NCBI GenBank assembly: GCA_041740355.1
Contig: JBGSMD010000064.1
Location: 36,541 to 100,540, forward strand
Origin: Bdellovibrionota bacterium
Lineage (GTDB): Bacteria; Bdellovibrionota_C; UBA2361; CALJRW01
Length of the DNA: 64,000 nt
Direction: 5' to 3'
In this document: positions 47,257 through 57,951 of the stretch, in pieces
Position numbering within the stretch: position 1 is the first letter of the stretch
Layout of the letters: each line of letters opens with the position of its first letter
Notes under the pieces: generated by a model
What the model was told of the DNA's origin: nothing
The model's input: the letters and a program-made list of their open reading frames with translations, nothing else
Databases searched by the model: none
Translations under genes and position numbers: made by a program

Positions 47257-47825
47257 AGGAAGAAAATAGTGCTTCAAGTTTTCTTAATACAGAGCGAGAA
47301 ATAATAGCTGGTAATATTCAACAATACTTAGAATTCCCTAAAAACCTAGCCACACGAGTTCTACTAGCCAACACTTTGCTTAGTAGGAAAAAAGCGCGTC
47401 CAGATATCTTGCATGAATTTAAAGATCAAGTCACACTTCTTCAAAAGGAAAAACAATTATCCACCCACGAACACGTAATAGTTCAACAAATTTTTGATGA
47501 AGCCTTTTTAGATTAATCTCATTAACTAATCAAAATAAGATTAATGAAATTTCTAAGGCATGGTTCATCATTTAGATGATTCAATACTTCTCAATACCCA
47601 CCCAATTCCCACTATTCGGCTATACCCATAAAGCAGATGCTTCATTCAATTTATGCGAAATATTAGCCACCGAATTGATTTGCATTAGGTAATTCCTGTG
47701 TGCTGAATTATAGGTTACCAGCTAGGCATTTAAATTCTTGGCAATATAAAAATCCATTTTACTGATATAATTTTACAACTAATTATAATCATTGAAACTA
47801 AATAAATAATTTTTATGATTAAAAA

Positions 47826-48752
47826 TTATATTCCCAAAACTGTCTTCAAGCTTTCTGCGAGCTTACTATGTTTTGTCTTTTCCATCTTAGCAATATTAGC
47901 TAGCTTCCACTGAATCGCAGGAAGTTTTTCAATTCCTGAAATATTTATTAAACCCCAATTAGGATTACCCATTTTGATTGAAAGTAAAAAATTTCGTTCA
48001 TCTAGCGTTAGCTCTAGATTAATTTTACTGATTAGCTTTTCTCTAACATCTTCTAGTTCTTCACATGTAACAGCTTTCTCCGTCATCCTCTTAAACTGAA
48101 CATCGAATAACTTTCTAATATCTTGAAGCCTTGGACTTAACAACTCTTGAATTGGACGATCGTGACCAGATAAATAAACGACAAAAGCAGACCGAATCTG
48201 ATCTGTTAGTCCATATTTGTTAAACATCTCATTTACATCAAATAAGTCCCTTGGGTGTTGCCTGTCTAATGCGGCACAAATCTTTCCCCCATAAACATCA
48301 GGAATAGACATAACTTTTGCTTCAAATTGAAGTCCTTATTCTTTAACTACTGCAACTGAAACCATTCTATATTCTGACGGAAAAAGCTCTCCTCTAATTA
48401 TTAAATATGGTTCAATTTTGACCAGAGCATTTTCAGTTGAAACAAAAAGTTTAGAAGCAACTGGATTAGGTCTATCTGATCTGATTTTTATCTTTGGATA
48501 TCTACCTTGTAAATCTTTGGAAATATCTTTGGAAATATTTTAAAGTGCCTGACTAATCCCCTCTAGGGATTCTCCTCTAGTTTGTATCGGAAGATAAGTT
48601 AAGTCGATATCCACGGACAATCTTGGGATATGATCACTTAGGAAAAGATTAATTGCCGTGCCACCCTTGAGGGCAAAGCATGATTGCCTTGCAACTATTG
48701 GCATAATCTCAAGGAGAAGCTTTACTTGTTCTAAATAAGAATTTTTAATCAT
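47826..48752 (-). pseudogene. AbiEii nucleotidyltransferase toxin inactivated by two in-frame TAA stops
   Basis: Single frame with stops at 48540-48542 and 48336-48338; the intact paralog at 61135-62046 has CTA and TAT there. Confidence 0.88.
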
Positions 48753-48760
48753 TGGGTATC

Positions 48761-49510
48761 TTATAAAAACTCAACCTTAGAGTTAACTGTTATTTTGTAT
48801 TTAGAGTTTGTAGTACCACCACGATCTATTACCCTGTTTCCGTGCCCAAAATCTATTCTACTTAAATCTAATCTTCTAACCCAAGGATAATTTAACTCCT
48901 CAGCTTTAACCATAAAAAGTCTTTTAACTTTTATTGACTCACAATCTTCTAGTAGTTTCTGGATTAACTCATACCGAAGTGAATGTAAGCCTTGAAACAA
49001 ATATCCCGCATCAATAAAAGAATCATGCTTAGGCACTAAGTATAATTGCTCAAAGAGAGCTCTTTCTCTTGAAGATATTTTTAATACCAAATTATCTTCC
49101 TTGTGATTTACTATTCCAAGATCAGATGAAAATAATTTTGTACTAAAATATTTTATCTCAACTCTCCAGTCATAAGACTTAAACCACCTAGGTAGTCTTA
49201 CCTTCTCCTCTCCAAAAAGCAGTAACTGCTCTTCTTTTCTTAAAAAATGAGACACACCATATAACTTAAGGGCACTACTAGCTCCAACATGCAGATCAAG
49301 ATTAAGTTGTTTTTGGATGGCGTTTAAACCACCCTGCCAATTAAATGAATCACCTTTTCTAGCTACAGCACCATTTCCAACTTCTACTATCCAGTTATTT
49401 TTCTTATACTGTGCGATTAAAGCAGGACTATAGCCAAGCTTATTTAAGTAAGAGCTTGTATAGATTTCTCCGCTCCCCCAGTTTGTTAAAAGTTTATTTA
49501 ATTTAGTCAT
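48761..49510 (-). CDS. Type IV TA AbiEi antitoxin (AbiEi_3-like)
   Basis: HVGA.SAL..G.SHF, LP.WF, SSRERA, LLE.C.SIKVKRLF; upstream of AbiEii. Confidence 0.88.
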   Translation of the reverse strand: MTKLNKLLTNWGSGEIYTSSYLNKLGYSPALIAQYKKNNWIVEVGNGAVARKGDSFNWQGGLNAIQKQLNLDLHVGASSALKLYGVSHFLRKEEQLLLFGEEKVRLPRWFKSYDWRVEIKYFSTKLFSSDLGIVNHKEDNLVLKISSRERALFEQLYLVPKHDSFIDAGYLFQGLHSLRYELIQKLLEDCESIKVKRLFMVKAEELNYPWVRRLDLSRIDFGHGNRVIDRGGTTNSKYKITVNSKVEFL

Positions 49511-49729
49511 AGTATATAATTTAGATTAAATATAAGCGAAACTGATTCAATAATTACTTATAAATATAGCATAATTATATAATATTGCATCAAAATAAAC
49601 TATTAATCTAAAAACTTCTGTATTATTGAGAGGTTAAGTTAAATATTATAGTACCAAGAGTATTTCCCAACTTAAATTTAAGATATCTACTCATTGACGC
49701 TCTCTGAGTAGATATGTTAAGTTATTGTT

Positions 49730-50320
49730 ATGAGCAATGCAATACATAAGATACAAAAGCTTCTAAAACAACCTAGCTTTAATGCTAGCGAAGCTCGTGC
49801 CCTCGGTGTAAGTTCAAGCCTACTTAATTATTATGTTAAGCAAGGCAAACTTGAAAAGATAAGCCGTGGTATCTTCTGTGGAACATCATCTATCCGTAAA
49901 GTAGTCCCCTTTGAATGGGAAGATCTAATAACTACTACTAGAAGCATTCCAAATGGAATAATCTGTCTTATATCAGCACTTGCCATTTATGAACTTACAG
50001 ATGAGATCCCAAGGCAATTCTGGATTGCCATCCCTAATCAACAATTTGCACCTAGAAGACCAAAAACTAAAATAATTAGGATGAGAGATTCTAAAACAGG
50101 AAGTACAATCATTAAACTTGGCTCCATAAGTATTCCTATTTTTGATAAAGAAAGAACAATTATAGATTCATTTCGATTACTAACTACTGAAATTGCAATT
50201 AAGGCTCTAAAGATTTACCTTTCTGGTAAACATGGAAAGCCTAACCTTGTAAAACTTAGGAAATATTCACAGCAATTTAAAGCATCAATTGAAAAATACG
50301 TAGACGCGTTTACAACATGA
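49730..50320 (+). CDS. Type IV TA AbiEi antitoxin (different family)
   Basis: N-terminal wHTH (LEKISRGIF), ICLISAL.IYELTDEIP, ERTIID; coupled to a nucleotidyltransferase. Confidence 0.85.
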   Translation: MSNAIHKIQKLLKQPSFNASEARALGVSSSLLNYYVKQGKLEKISRGIFCGTSSIRKVVPFEWEDLITTTRSIPNGIICLISALAIYELTDEIPRQFWIAIPNQQFAPRRPKTKIIRMRDSKTGSTIIKLGSISIPIFDKERTIIDSFRLLTTEIAIKALKIYLSGKHGKPNLVKLRKYSQQFKASIEKYVDAFTT

Positions 50321-51168
50321 ATACTAATATTGAACGTTCTCTGAAAGACAGAATTAAAATAATTGCAAAATCAGAGAATCGAGCCTTTAATGATATTTGG
50401 AAAGCATTAGTACTTGAAAGATTCTTAGTGCGTCTTGCCAGATCAAAAGAATTAGATCGCTTTATTTTTAAAGGTGGCTTCTTACTTTCAAAGTATTTAA
50501 CTCTTGGAAGAGAAACAGCCGATCTTGATTTTTCTCTCGTCAACACTATTGGATCGGTCGAATCGATAAAAACATTAATTGCTGAGATTATAGCTTTACC
50601 ATATGAGGATGGTTTTAGTTTCGTTGATCTAAATGTTGTAGAACTGCACCACCCACACATGAACTATCCTGGATATGAAGTTACAAGCATTGCCTGCCTT
50701 GGAAATACAAAAACTACCATTCGCATAGACCTTGGCCTTGGGGATGAAGTTGTACCTGTTAATAAATCTCTATCTCTTCTCTCATACAATAAGAAACCAT
50801 TATTTGAATCTGAGATTTCAATTCAAGCATATCCCCTTTCTTATATCTTTGCAGAAAAACTTGAAGCCATTGTCCATCGTGGTGGCACAAATAGTCGGAT
50901 GAAAGATTTTTACGATATTATTTTAATATCCACTCTTACTGATTTTGATTTAAACGCCAACAAAGATATTATCAAATCAGTTTTTAAACACCGAAATACA
51001 GAGATTCCCTCTAAGCTTTCTTATGACGCTCCTGCGAAAGAGAGCTTAAGCCTTAATTGGAAACGATTCCTTGGTACTCTAGAGAAAGAATTCCAGAGTA
51101 ATTTACCAAATGAGTTTAGCCAAGTAACAGCAAAAATAAACGATCTTTTAAAAATTATTAAAAGTTAG
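50317..51168 (+). CDS. AbiEii/AbiGii nucleotidyltransferase toxin
   Basis: LERFL.RL, FIFKGG, RET.DLD, IDLGLGD, AEKLEA, NSRMKDFYD. Confidence 0.9.
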   Translation: MNTNIERSLKDRIKIIAKSENRAFNDIWKALVLERFLVRLARSKELDRFIFKGGFLLSKYLTLGRETADLDFSLVNTIGSVESIKTLIAEIIALPYEDGFSFVDLNVVELHHPHMNYPGYEVTSIACLGNTKTTIRIDLGLGDEVVPVNKSLSLLSYNKKPLFESEISIQAYPLSYIFAEKLEAIVHRGGTNSRMKDFYDIILISTLTDFDLNANKDIIKSVFKHRNTEIPSKLSYDAPAKESLSLNWKRFLGTLEKEFQSNLPNEFSQVTAKINDLLKIIKS

Positions 51169-51176
51169 GCATCCAT

Positions 51177-51193
51177 TGTGCCGTAAGTGTGCC
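51177..51193. promoter_or_regulatory. Putative integrase arm-type sites
   Basis: TGTGCCGTAAGTGTGCC, matching TGTGCCGTCAGTGTGCC at 19801. Confidence 0.6.
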
Positions 51194-51199
51194 AAGGAA

Positions 51200-51844
51200 A
51201 AGTTTAGTCTTATTAGGGTTCGATTCCTGCCTTAGGATTTAAGAGCTACGTAGTTATCAATAATCTGCCTTTGCTTCCTCCTTCGCTAAAACTATGGTGG
51301 GCAAGAAAGCTACGGCGGATACTTTTTCTGTATTTTTTGATCTTTTGGAAACAAGTAAAAGTATGCAAACGGCGGGAATTTGATACATTGTATCAAATGA
51401 ATCGTAGTATCTTTATTAAGGGTTCGATTCCCGTAATAAAAATATGGGGAGACCCGCCTACGCTAGAAAATTACATTTACTAAGAAGTTTCCAAAGAGCT
51501 TCCGCCTTCGCTAAAGCTATGGCGAGACAAGTCGGCGCGGTTTAATCTTTTCTAAAACTTAGTCCTCATCAGATTCGTCCTAAGATTTTGAAAAGAATAA
51601 AAAAAGAAGTATGCGAAAGGCGGGAATTTAATGCTACGCATTAAATGGAATCGCCGTATCATTTTTTTAGGGTTCGTTTCCCGCCTAGAGCATATGCCCT
51701 TTCGGGGCAGCCATCTTTGCGTTAGCACTGTAATGGGGAGAAATAATATTTTACTGGATCGGAACAATCCTCCTTCGCTTTATGAAAGCTACGGCGGATA
51801 CTTTTAGCTATGTTTTTTACTTTAAAAGGAAAAAAGTAAAAAGT
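51200..51844. repeat. Tandem array of tRNA-3'-end-linked structured repeats (partial unit, 248-bp unit, 234-bp unit)
   Basis: Units start ATGC(G/A)A(G/A)(A/AC)GGCGGGAAT at 51363, 51611 and 51845; each has GGGTTCG(A/T)TTCC(C/T)G and shared blocks with 19901-20139; REP-like CC(G/T)CCTTCGCTAAA hairpins inserted. Confidence 0.8.
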
Positions 51845-52109
51845 ATGCGAGAGGCGGGAATCGAACCCGCACGAGGTTGCCCTCACAGGATTTTAAGACT
51901 GAACAAAGCAATTTTTGACAAAAAATCACAACAGAATACAACAACAATATTAATAAGTTATATTACTTTTCCACATTTTACTTGTTGTCAAAAATCGTCA
52001 TTTTTTGTCTCTCACTGTGCCGAGAGTGTGCCTGGAAATTAGATGTTTTTGGATCTAAAATAAAAATTATTTATTTTTTAAGACGCACAGGTATTTTTTA
52101 TTAGGCGTC
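51838..52109. repeat. 272-bp att-site direct repeat, copy 2
   Basis: Near-identical to 20133-20404. Confidence 0.92.
51846..51897 (-). tRNA. tRNA-Leu(TAA) 3' fragment (att core), copy 2
   Basis: Identical to 20141-20192; identity ends at the anticodon loop CTTAAAA. Confidence 0.88.
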
Positions 52110-52459
52110 TCAAATATTCATAAATGAACGGTGAAATATCTTCATTTTCCATTAGTGAATAATTAGCTTTCATGTCAGTAAATTAAACCTAGTTAATACT
52201 TTACCAAGTTCAATAATTATCAGGTCCCACTTTTGAGGTTAGCTTAGAAGTTGCGTAGCCTCTGTTTTCTTGAAATAACTTAAGCAGATTGAGCATGGTT
52301 TAATCATACTTTTCTTATATGTATAGAGCAATTACCCCATAACAAACATTAATCAACTCTCAATCCCAATTTTTGCTTGCCTACCTATACCTAAGAACTT
52401 AATTAAAACAGTCAGTTAAGAATGTAGTAAATAATAATTTAGGACAGTCCAGAAAATTT

Positions 52460-52489
52460 TGTAAGAAATTACTTACTAAGATCACAAAT
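52460..52489 (+). promoter_or_regulatory. Putative ECF sigma promoter for trx-ccdA
   Basis: TGTAAGAAA-N13-TCACAAAT, similar to the motifs at 55013 and 60883. Confidence 0.5.
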
Positions 52490-52522
52490 AAACAAATCTT
52501 TTAATTTTTTGCTTAAATAAAA

Positions 52523-52909
52523 ATGAAAATAACTAAATATACATTGTCATTCTTGATGTTAGTTTTAATGCCGTTGATCAATCTTAGTGCTGAAATAACT
52601 AACTACTCTGCGGAAATACTTCAAAAATCAAAAAGTGCAAATGAATTAATTTTACTCGATTTCAGTGCTTCATGGTGTCCAACTTGTAAGACTCAAGGGA
52701 AAATACTAACTGAACTTGCCAGTGATAAAGAATATTCTGAAATTAAATTTTTAAAAGTAGATTATGACCTAGAAAAGGAACTTAAAAAGCAATTTAATGT
52801 AACCCAACAATCAACATTAATTCTGTTGAAAGGTGATAAAGAAATTAATCGAGCAATAGGAATCAAGGAAAAGATTGCCATTGTTAACTTCTTAAAATTA
52901 ACTAAATAA
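52523..52909 (+). CDS. Exported thioredoxin family protein
   Basis: Signal peptide; DFSASWCPTC, QQSTLI. Confidence 0.9.
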   Translation: MKITKYTLSFLMLVLMPLINLSAEITNYSAEILQKSKSANELILLDFSASWCPTCKTQGKILTELASDKEYSEIKFLKVDYDLEKELKKQFNVTQQSTLILLKGDKEINRAIGIKEKIAIVNFLKLTK

Positions 52910-52911
52910 AG

Positions 52912-53628
52912 ATGACCATTATAATTAGTTACCTAGCTGGAATATTAACTTGCCTATCGCCTTGTATCCTTCCAGTTTTGCCTTTTATTATGGGAAGCTC
53001 GCTCCAAAAAAGTCGGCTTGGCCCAGTGCTTCTGTGCGCTGGGCTAATCACTTCATTTAGTATTCTTGGTGGAATCTTAATATCAACAGGTAGTCTTTTA
53101 GGTGTTAGCCAAGGAGTCGTTAAAACTTTTGCCAGTATCTTAATGATTCTGATTGGAATAATTTTAATATCATCTAAATCACAGGAAATCTTAGCTCATC
53201 TTTTATCAAATTTCTCAAATAAGGCAGATCGATTCCTATCTAAGTTTGATCATCTAAATCACTATCTTGCACAATTCTTAGTGGGTACACTCTTAGGTAT
53301 TCTATGGAGTCCCTGCGCTGGTCCAACTTTAGGTGGTAGCATGGCATTAGCAGCAAAGGATGGGTTTACATCTGAATTTTTATTTTCGATGGTAGCATTT
53401 AGTGCTGGAGCAACAACTCCGATGTTACTTATTGCTTATTCAACTCAGTCAGTACTAATAAAAAAACGAGCTAACATAATTAGCGCTAGCAGTGCAATTA
53501 AAATAATTTTTGGGTGGAGTCTTTTATTAATCGGCATGCTTACAATAACTGGTTTTGATAAACAAATGGAATCTATAATTTTAAATTTATTACCTGATTG
53601 GCTAATTAATCTTTCTGTTTATTTTTAA
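52912..53628 (+). CDS. CcdA/DsbD-beta thiol-disulfide transmembrane electron transporter
   Basis: LSPCILPVLP and WSPCAGP motifs. Confidence 0.92.
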   Translation: MTIIISYLAGILTCLSPCILPVLPFIMGSSLQKSRLGPVLLCAGLITSFSILGGILISTGSLLGVSQGVVKTFASILMILIGIILISSKSQEILAHLLSNFSNKADRFLSKFDHLNHYLAQFLVGTLLGILWSPCAGPTLGGSMALAAKDGFTSEFLFSMVAFSAGATTPMLLIAYSTQSVLIKKRANIISASSAIKIIFGWSLLLIGMLTITGFDKQMESIILNLLPDWLINLSVYF

Positions 53629-53670
53629 ATTTGTGAGTAATTTTAAAACCGTTAACATGAGCGAACTTCG

Positions 53671-54006
53671 ATGTTAGTTTATTTAATTAGAATTATCCAT
53701 CTGGGGATATTATTGTTTGCTGTTTTTGGAAGCCTATTCCCCTCTTCTCTTATACAAATCATCCATATTATTTTGATTCCACTAATGATTATCCACTGGA
53801 AGTATAATCAGAACACGTGTTTTTTAACTACTCTCGAATATCAACTTACTGGACGAGCCGAGAAAAAAGAAGGAGGTTTCATTAAGGCTATTCTAGGTAT
53901 ATTTTTAAACCCGATTCCAAGTGATGCTTTAATAAAAAAAATTGTCTATGGTACTTTGTTTTTATCTTGGGGAGTCAGTCTAATTAGACTAATATTTAGT
54001 GCCTAG
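53671..54006 (+). CDS. Small membrane protein (DUF2784-like)
   Basis: IIH, IHW..CFLT.LE..L, GFI pattern. Confidence 0.6.
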   Translation: MLVYLIRIIHLGILLFAVFGSLFPSSLIQIIHIILIPLMIIHWKYNQNTCFLTTLEYQLTGRAEKKEGGFIKAILGIFLNPIPSDALIKKIVYGTLFLSWGVSLIRLIFSA

Positions 54007-54035
54007 AAAATTAGATAGATAATCAATACTGCTGA

Positions 54036-54281
54036 TTATTTATTATTTTTAAACTTACTAATAATTTTTTTTTCAATCTGACTAATATTATTTTTTTCAT
54101 TATCCAGCTTTTTCTTGATAAAAGCCCCATAGCCTCTTTTAATAATTTTTAAATGTTTGGCAAATCGATAGCAATGACGACACATCATTAAATGAAGCAT
54201 AACTTCCAATCTTTGAAAAAATGATAGGTCTTCCTGATGATCAACAATTTTAATAATTTCTCGACATGATCTCATCTTCAT
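54036..54281 (-). CDS. zf-HC2 (ZAS) anti-sigma factor
   Basis: SCRE..HLMMCRHC zinc motif; immediately downstream of the ECF sigma. Confidence 0.85.
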   Translation of the reverse strand: MKMRSCREIIKIVDHQEDLSFFQRLEVMLHLMMCRHCYRFAKHLKIIKRGYGAFIKKKLDNEKNNISQIEKKIISKFKNNK

Positions 54282-54348
54282 TTGGGTCCTATTGTTAAAT
54301 CATAGTTTTCTAGAAATCCGATACATTGTCTATTTAGGAAGAATCCCA

Positions 54349-54912
54349 TTAGGCTTTCATCTTAAATTCTAAGCAATGTCTTAGACCAGCTTTAGCACGA
54401 AAAAGCAGGACACCTAAGTTAGTGACAGTTAAGTCTAAAATATTACAAATTTCCTTGTTAGGATATTCTTCAACTTCACGTAAGTAAAATGCAGCCCGCT
54501 GATTTAGTGTTAATTCATTTAAGCATTTTTCAATAAAGCTTAAAGTTTGTGAGGCTTCAATCATTTGCTCTGGTCCCGCTAAATGTTTGGACCAACTACC
54601 ATGATCATTAAAATATTCACTAATCATTTCTTCAATTTGTTCTTCTGGTCTACTTTTTTGATTTTCTCGGCGAAGCTCCCGGGCTTTATTAATTAAAATG
54701 CCGTATAAATAAGTGGTCATTTTTGCCTTTCCTTGAAAATTATCTGGATTATGTAGGTAAGTCACCCAGACATTTTGAACAAGATCTTCAGCTTGCTCTG
54801 CGGAGAATCCAAAAGAAAAGGCGGCTTTAAGTAGTGAAGCTGTATATTCAGATACTAATTCAGCGTTATTATTACTAAAAGTTTCCTTAGGTTTTGCTTT
54901 ATTTAAACTCAT
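54349..54912 (-). CDS. ECF sigma-70 factor (TIGR02943-like)
   Basis: AEDLVQ, FQGKA..TYLYGIL.NK, CL.EL, FYLREV, EIC.IL, N.GVLLFRA..LR.CL. Confidence 0.9.
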   Translation of the reverse strand: MSLNKAKPKETFSNNNAELVSEYTASLLKAAFSFGFSAEQAEDLVQNVWVTYLHNPDNFQGKAKMTTYLYGILINKARELRRENQKSRPEEQIEEMISEYFNDHGSWSKHLAGPEQMIEASQTLSFIEKCLNELTLNQRAAFYLREVEEYPNKEICNILDLTVTNLGVLLFRAKAGLRHCLEFKMKA

Positions 54913-55012
54913 AACTTACTAAAATTATTAAAAGCCATAATCTTTAATATTAACGGCCTAATTATATATAAAACATAGATAGACTTTAAATTTAAATTTT
55001 TATTTAAATTTA

Positions 55013-55042
55013 TGTAATAAATTTCTAGAATTTAACACTTAC
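55013..55042 (+). promoter_or_regulatory. Putative ECF sigma promoter for doxX-prx
   Basis: TGTAATAAA-N13-ACACTTAC, identical boxes to 60854-60883 (minus strand). Confidence 0.65.
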
Positions 55043-55069
55043 AATTATCACCTTTAATAACTTTCTATT

Positions 55070-55525
55070 ATGAAAACAAAATTAATGATATGCCTTAAAA
55101 AGTTCGAGAATCTGCCTCCCCTTCTATTTCGTCTCACATTAGCTTATGGATTTTATAATCCAGCAATGGCTAAACTTAATAATATTGACGGAATAGCCAA
55201 ATGGTTTGCGGGGATGAATCTTCCACTTCCAACACTGAATGCCTATCTCGCTACTACAACAGAGGTAACTGGTGTTATATTGCTAGCACTTGGGTTAGCG
55301 ACTAGAATGATATCAGTCCCCCTAATGGTAGTGATGCTTGTAGCTATCTTCACCGTTCACATTGGCAACGGATTTGAAGCTGGTGACAATGGTTTTGAAA
55401 TCCCTCTTTATTATTTGCTTATCCTTTTTAGCCTATTTATTTCTGGCCCAGGGAAGTTTAGTTTAGATTATCTAATTACTAAAAAATTTAATTTCGAGTC
55501 ATGTTGTGCTAAAAATGATAGTTAA
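55070..55525 (+). CDS. DoxX family membrane protein
   Basis: LFRL.LAYGFY.PA..K, WF..M..P.P, TE..G, H..NGF.AG.NGFEIP, GPGKFSLD. Confidence 0.92.
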   Translation: MKTKLMICLKKFENLPPLLFRLTLAYGFYNPAMAKLNNIDGIAKWFAGMNLPLPTLNAYLATTTEVTGVILLALGLATRMISVPLMVVMLVAIFTVHIGNGFEAGDNGFEIPLYYLLILFSLFISGPGKFSLDYLITKKFNFESCCAKNDS

Positions 55526-55638
55526 GTTGACAATATGTAGTTGCCATGTAAGCTATAGAATGAACTTATTTTTCAGCTCTAAGTTTAAATAAGAAAACAT
55601 TTGAAGCTTATTTTTATAATCTAAATATTTAATTTATT

Positions 55639-56316
55639 ATGAAACGATATTTTCTTTTTACGACCTTCATTCTTTTCTGCGCATTTAATATATTGGCAGA
55701 AGATTCAGAAAATAAATCTAAAATTATGCAAAATAAAGAACAAATTATGGCTCAATCATTGGAAGAATTGCGCCAAAATAATATTACAAATAATGCCCCA
55801 AAAGTTGGAGAGAAACTTCCAGATGGTGACTTGCTAAATTTGAGTGAAGAAACTTCACTTTATCAGTTAATCGGCGATCGGCCTGCTATCGTTACATTTT
55901 ACCGTGGTGAATGGTGCCCTTATTGTAATCTACAACTTCAAGAATATACAAAGCACATTGATCAGATTGAAAGTTTAGGTGCCACTCTAATCGCAATTTC
56001 TCCAGAGCTACCAGAGAGCTCCGCAGTAACAATTAAGAAAGGAGATCTTAAATTTAGTGTATTGAGTGATATAAATAATAAATATGCTACAAAACTTGGA
56101 ATTGTTTATTCTGTTAATCAAGATCTAAAAAACTTATATGGTGAGTTTGGGATTGATCTTCAAAAAAATCAGGGTAACGACTCGTGGAAGCTACCTCTAA
56201 CTGCAACTTATGTTGTCGATAAAGATAAGATAATTAAATACTCATTTATTGATGTTGATTATAAAAAACGAGCCGATATTGAAGATTTAATCAAAGCTAT
56301 AAAAGAACTAAACTAA
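55639..56316 (+). CDS. Peroxiredoxin-like AhpC/TSA family protein
   Basis: FYRGEWCPYCN, AISPE, LSD, LPL.ATYVVD, DY.KR. Confidence 0.9.
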   Translation: MKRYFLFTTFILFCAFNILAEDSENKSKIMQNKEQIMAQSLEELRQNNITNNAPKVGEKLPDGDLLNLSEETSLYQLIGDRPAIVTFYRGEWCPYCNLQLQEYTKHIDQIESLGATLIAISPELPESSAVTIKKGDLKFSVLSDINNKYATKLGIVYSVNQDLKNLYGEFGIDLQKNQGNDSWKLPLTATYVVDKDKIIKYSFIDVDYKKRADIEDLIKAIKELN

Positions 56317-56320
56317 CTCT

Positions 56321-57262
56321 CTACTTAAGAAGAACTTTAATAATTTTTGCAACCTCACTATCATGTTCTTCTATCATGGTTCCAGATTCTTTGATTTTAT
56401 TTAATATTTTGGGAACTCCCGTTACTCGATTAAAAAAATCAACAGGATCTCTTTCTGGCATGACTGGTAGCGACACTTGAACTAATGATTTAAGTAAAGG
56501 AACTAAGTCAGAATCAATAAGACTTAAATAATCCGAAATTGATTTACCAATATCACCTCCGTAATTTAGACCATTACCACTAATCACGCTAAGCCCCGCA
56601 AACTCTATTCCAGCTTGTTTACAGACTAAAGCTTCTGTCATATTTGTCATACCTGTAATTACGCGCTCAAATGTAGAGGTAAGAATCTTCTCCTCGGCCA
56701 GAGTACCTGTTTCTGGTCCATTCATGCCAGCATAAACTGTCATCTGGCTAGTTGGAATAATTCTAGGATCAGATTCTGTATTAACATCCAAGGCAATACC
56801 AGAATGCAAGGAGGCATTTTTTAGAGCTTGTTTTAGTTCACTAGAAACGGAAGAAGCATAATTATCTATATACAAAACAAAACCAGGAGCATCTTGACCA
56901 TTTAAGAAGTTATCCTTTCTATTCATCCCAAGAGAAGTATAATCGTCTGCTACGACCAAACATCCTGAGCCAAAATCACCTTTTAATTTTGAGACTAAAG
57001 ATACGGACACCCAATATTTCACACCTAAAGACTTAAGTGCATATGCATTGGCTAAATATGGTATATCGGCTGGGGCAAGTTGTTGTTGATCACCATGTCG
57101 AGAAAAACAGTAAAAAGAAGCTCCTTCCCAATCTACTAAGGAAATTTTGCCAGAGGGTAATCCATATGGAGTTTTAATCTCGTTTGGTTCATATTCATTT
57201 GAGATCGTAGCACCTTCAAACATCCCAAGACCCTTTCCTCCTGCTATTACTAATTGTGTCAT
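56321..57262 (-). CDS. Divergent MTAP-like purine/methylthio-nucleoside phosphorylase
   Basis: TPYG.PS, SRHG..AP..IPY.AN.YALK.LGV, GP.TGT.AE, GMT..TEA. Confidence 0.75.
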   Translation of the reverse strand: MTQLVIAGGKGLGMFEGATISNEYEPNEIKTPYGLPSGKISLVDWEGASFYCFSRHGDQQQLAPADIPYLANAYALKSLGVKYWVSVSLVSKLKGDFGSGCLVVADDYTSLGMNRKDNFLNGQDAPGFVLYIDNYASSVSSELKQALKNASLHSGIALDVNTESDPRIIPTSQMTVYAGMNGPETGTLAEEKILTSTFERVITGMTNMTEALVCKQAGIEFAGLSVISGNGLNYGGDIGKSISDYLSLIDSDLVPLLKSLVQVSLPVMPERDPVDFFNRVTGVPKILNKIKESGTMIEEHDSEVAKIIKVLLK

Positions 57263-57264
57263 AA

Positions 57265-57945
57265 CTATTTCCTAATATTAGATAAAGATCGATCTGCTTG
57301 CTTCCGTAATTTATATGACCAATATAAATGTGACATTGTAGTCTTAAACCATTTCTTATGATACTTTCTAGCACTCGTACCAATAACTTCATTAAGTGGT
57401 TTAATTTTAACCCCTTTTTGACTGGCTTGCCTAACAAAAATTAAATCTTCGCCAAATGTAGTATTTGGAAATCCTCCTAATTCTCCAAATAATTTTTTAG
57501 ACAATATTAATCCCTGATCACCAAATGGTAAATTTAAGAATCTAGATCGAAACTTAATACCTATTTCATTAAGCTTCATTAAGAAAATTCCGTCTGTAAA
57601 GTATAGATCAAAATACCAAATTGCCTTATCTCCTAAGGACAAATTCGAGTTGATCCTTTGAAAAACCTCGCTTGATACTTCTGAATCAGCATGTAAAAAC
57701 CAAATAAAACTTGTAGAGGACTCTTCTGCTCCTTTGTTTAGTTGGTTAGATCGACCAGAAGGTGAGGTTACGATTATATCCTTATGCTTGGATCTAATCT
57801 CAGCTAGTGCTAATTCAAATTCCACTAAATCATTTTCGCCAATTGACCAAATAACTGGAAAATTTTCAGGCAAGTGTTTTGCAAGATGCCTCCAAGAAAC
57901 ATCTTTTGGTCCCACTGGAATAACTATTGTAATATCAATGTTCAT
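57265..57945 (-). CDS. GT2-fold transferase, TIGR04283-like
   Basis: GRSNQLNKGA, FLHADS, LPFGDQG, GGFP..ED, TSARKY. Confidence 0.85.
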   Translation of the reverse strand: MNIDITIVIPVGPKDVSWRHLAKHLPENFPVIWSIGENDLVEFELALAEIRSKHKDIIVTSPSGRSNQLNKGAEESSTSFIWFLHADSEVSSEVFQRINSNLSLGDKAIWYFDLYFTDGIFLMKLNEIGIKFRSRFLNLPFGDQGLILSKKLFGELGGFPNTTFGEDLIFVRQASQKGVKIKPLNEVIGTSARKYHKKWFKTTMSHLYWSYKLRKQADRSLSNIRK

Positions 57946-57951
57946 AAAAGT

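Noticed and set aside
47244-47516. 90-aa ORF
   Set aside because: Starts within a REP-like hairpin with no recognisable motif; possibly a gene fragment but not callable.
51200-51900. CRISPR array
   Set aside because: Period ~240 bp, repeats derive from tRNA, intervening blocks are homologous rather than unique, and no cas genes.
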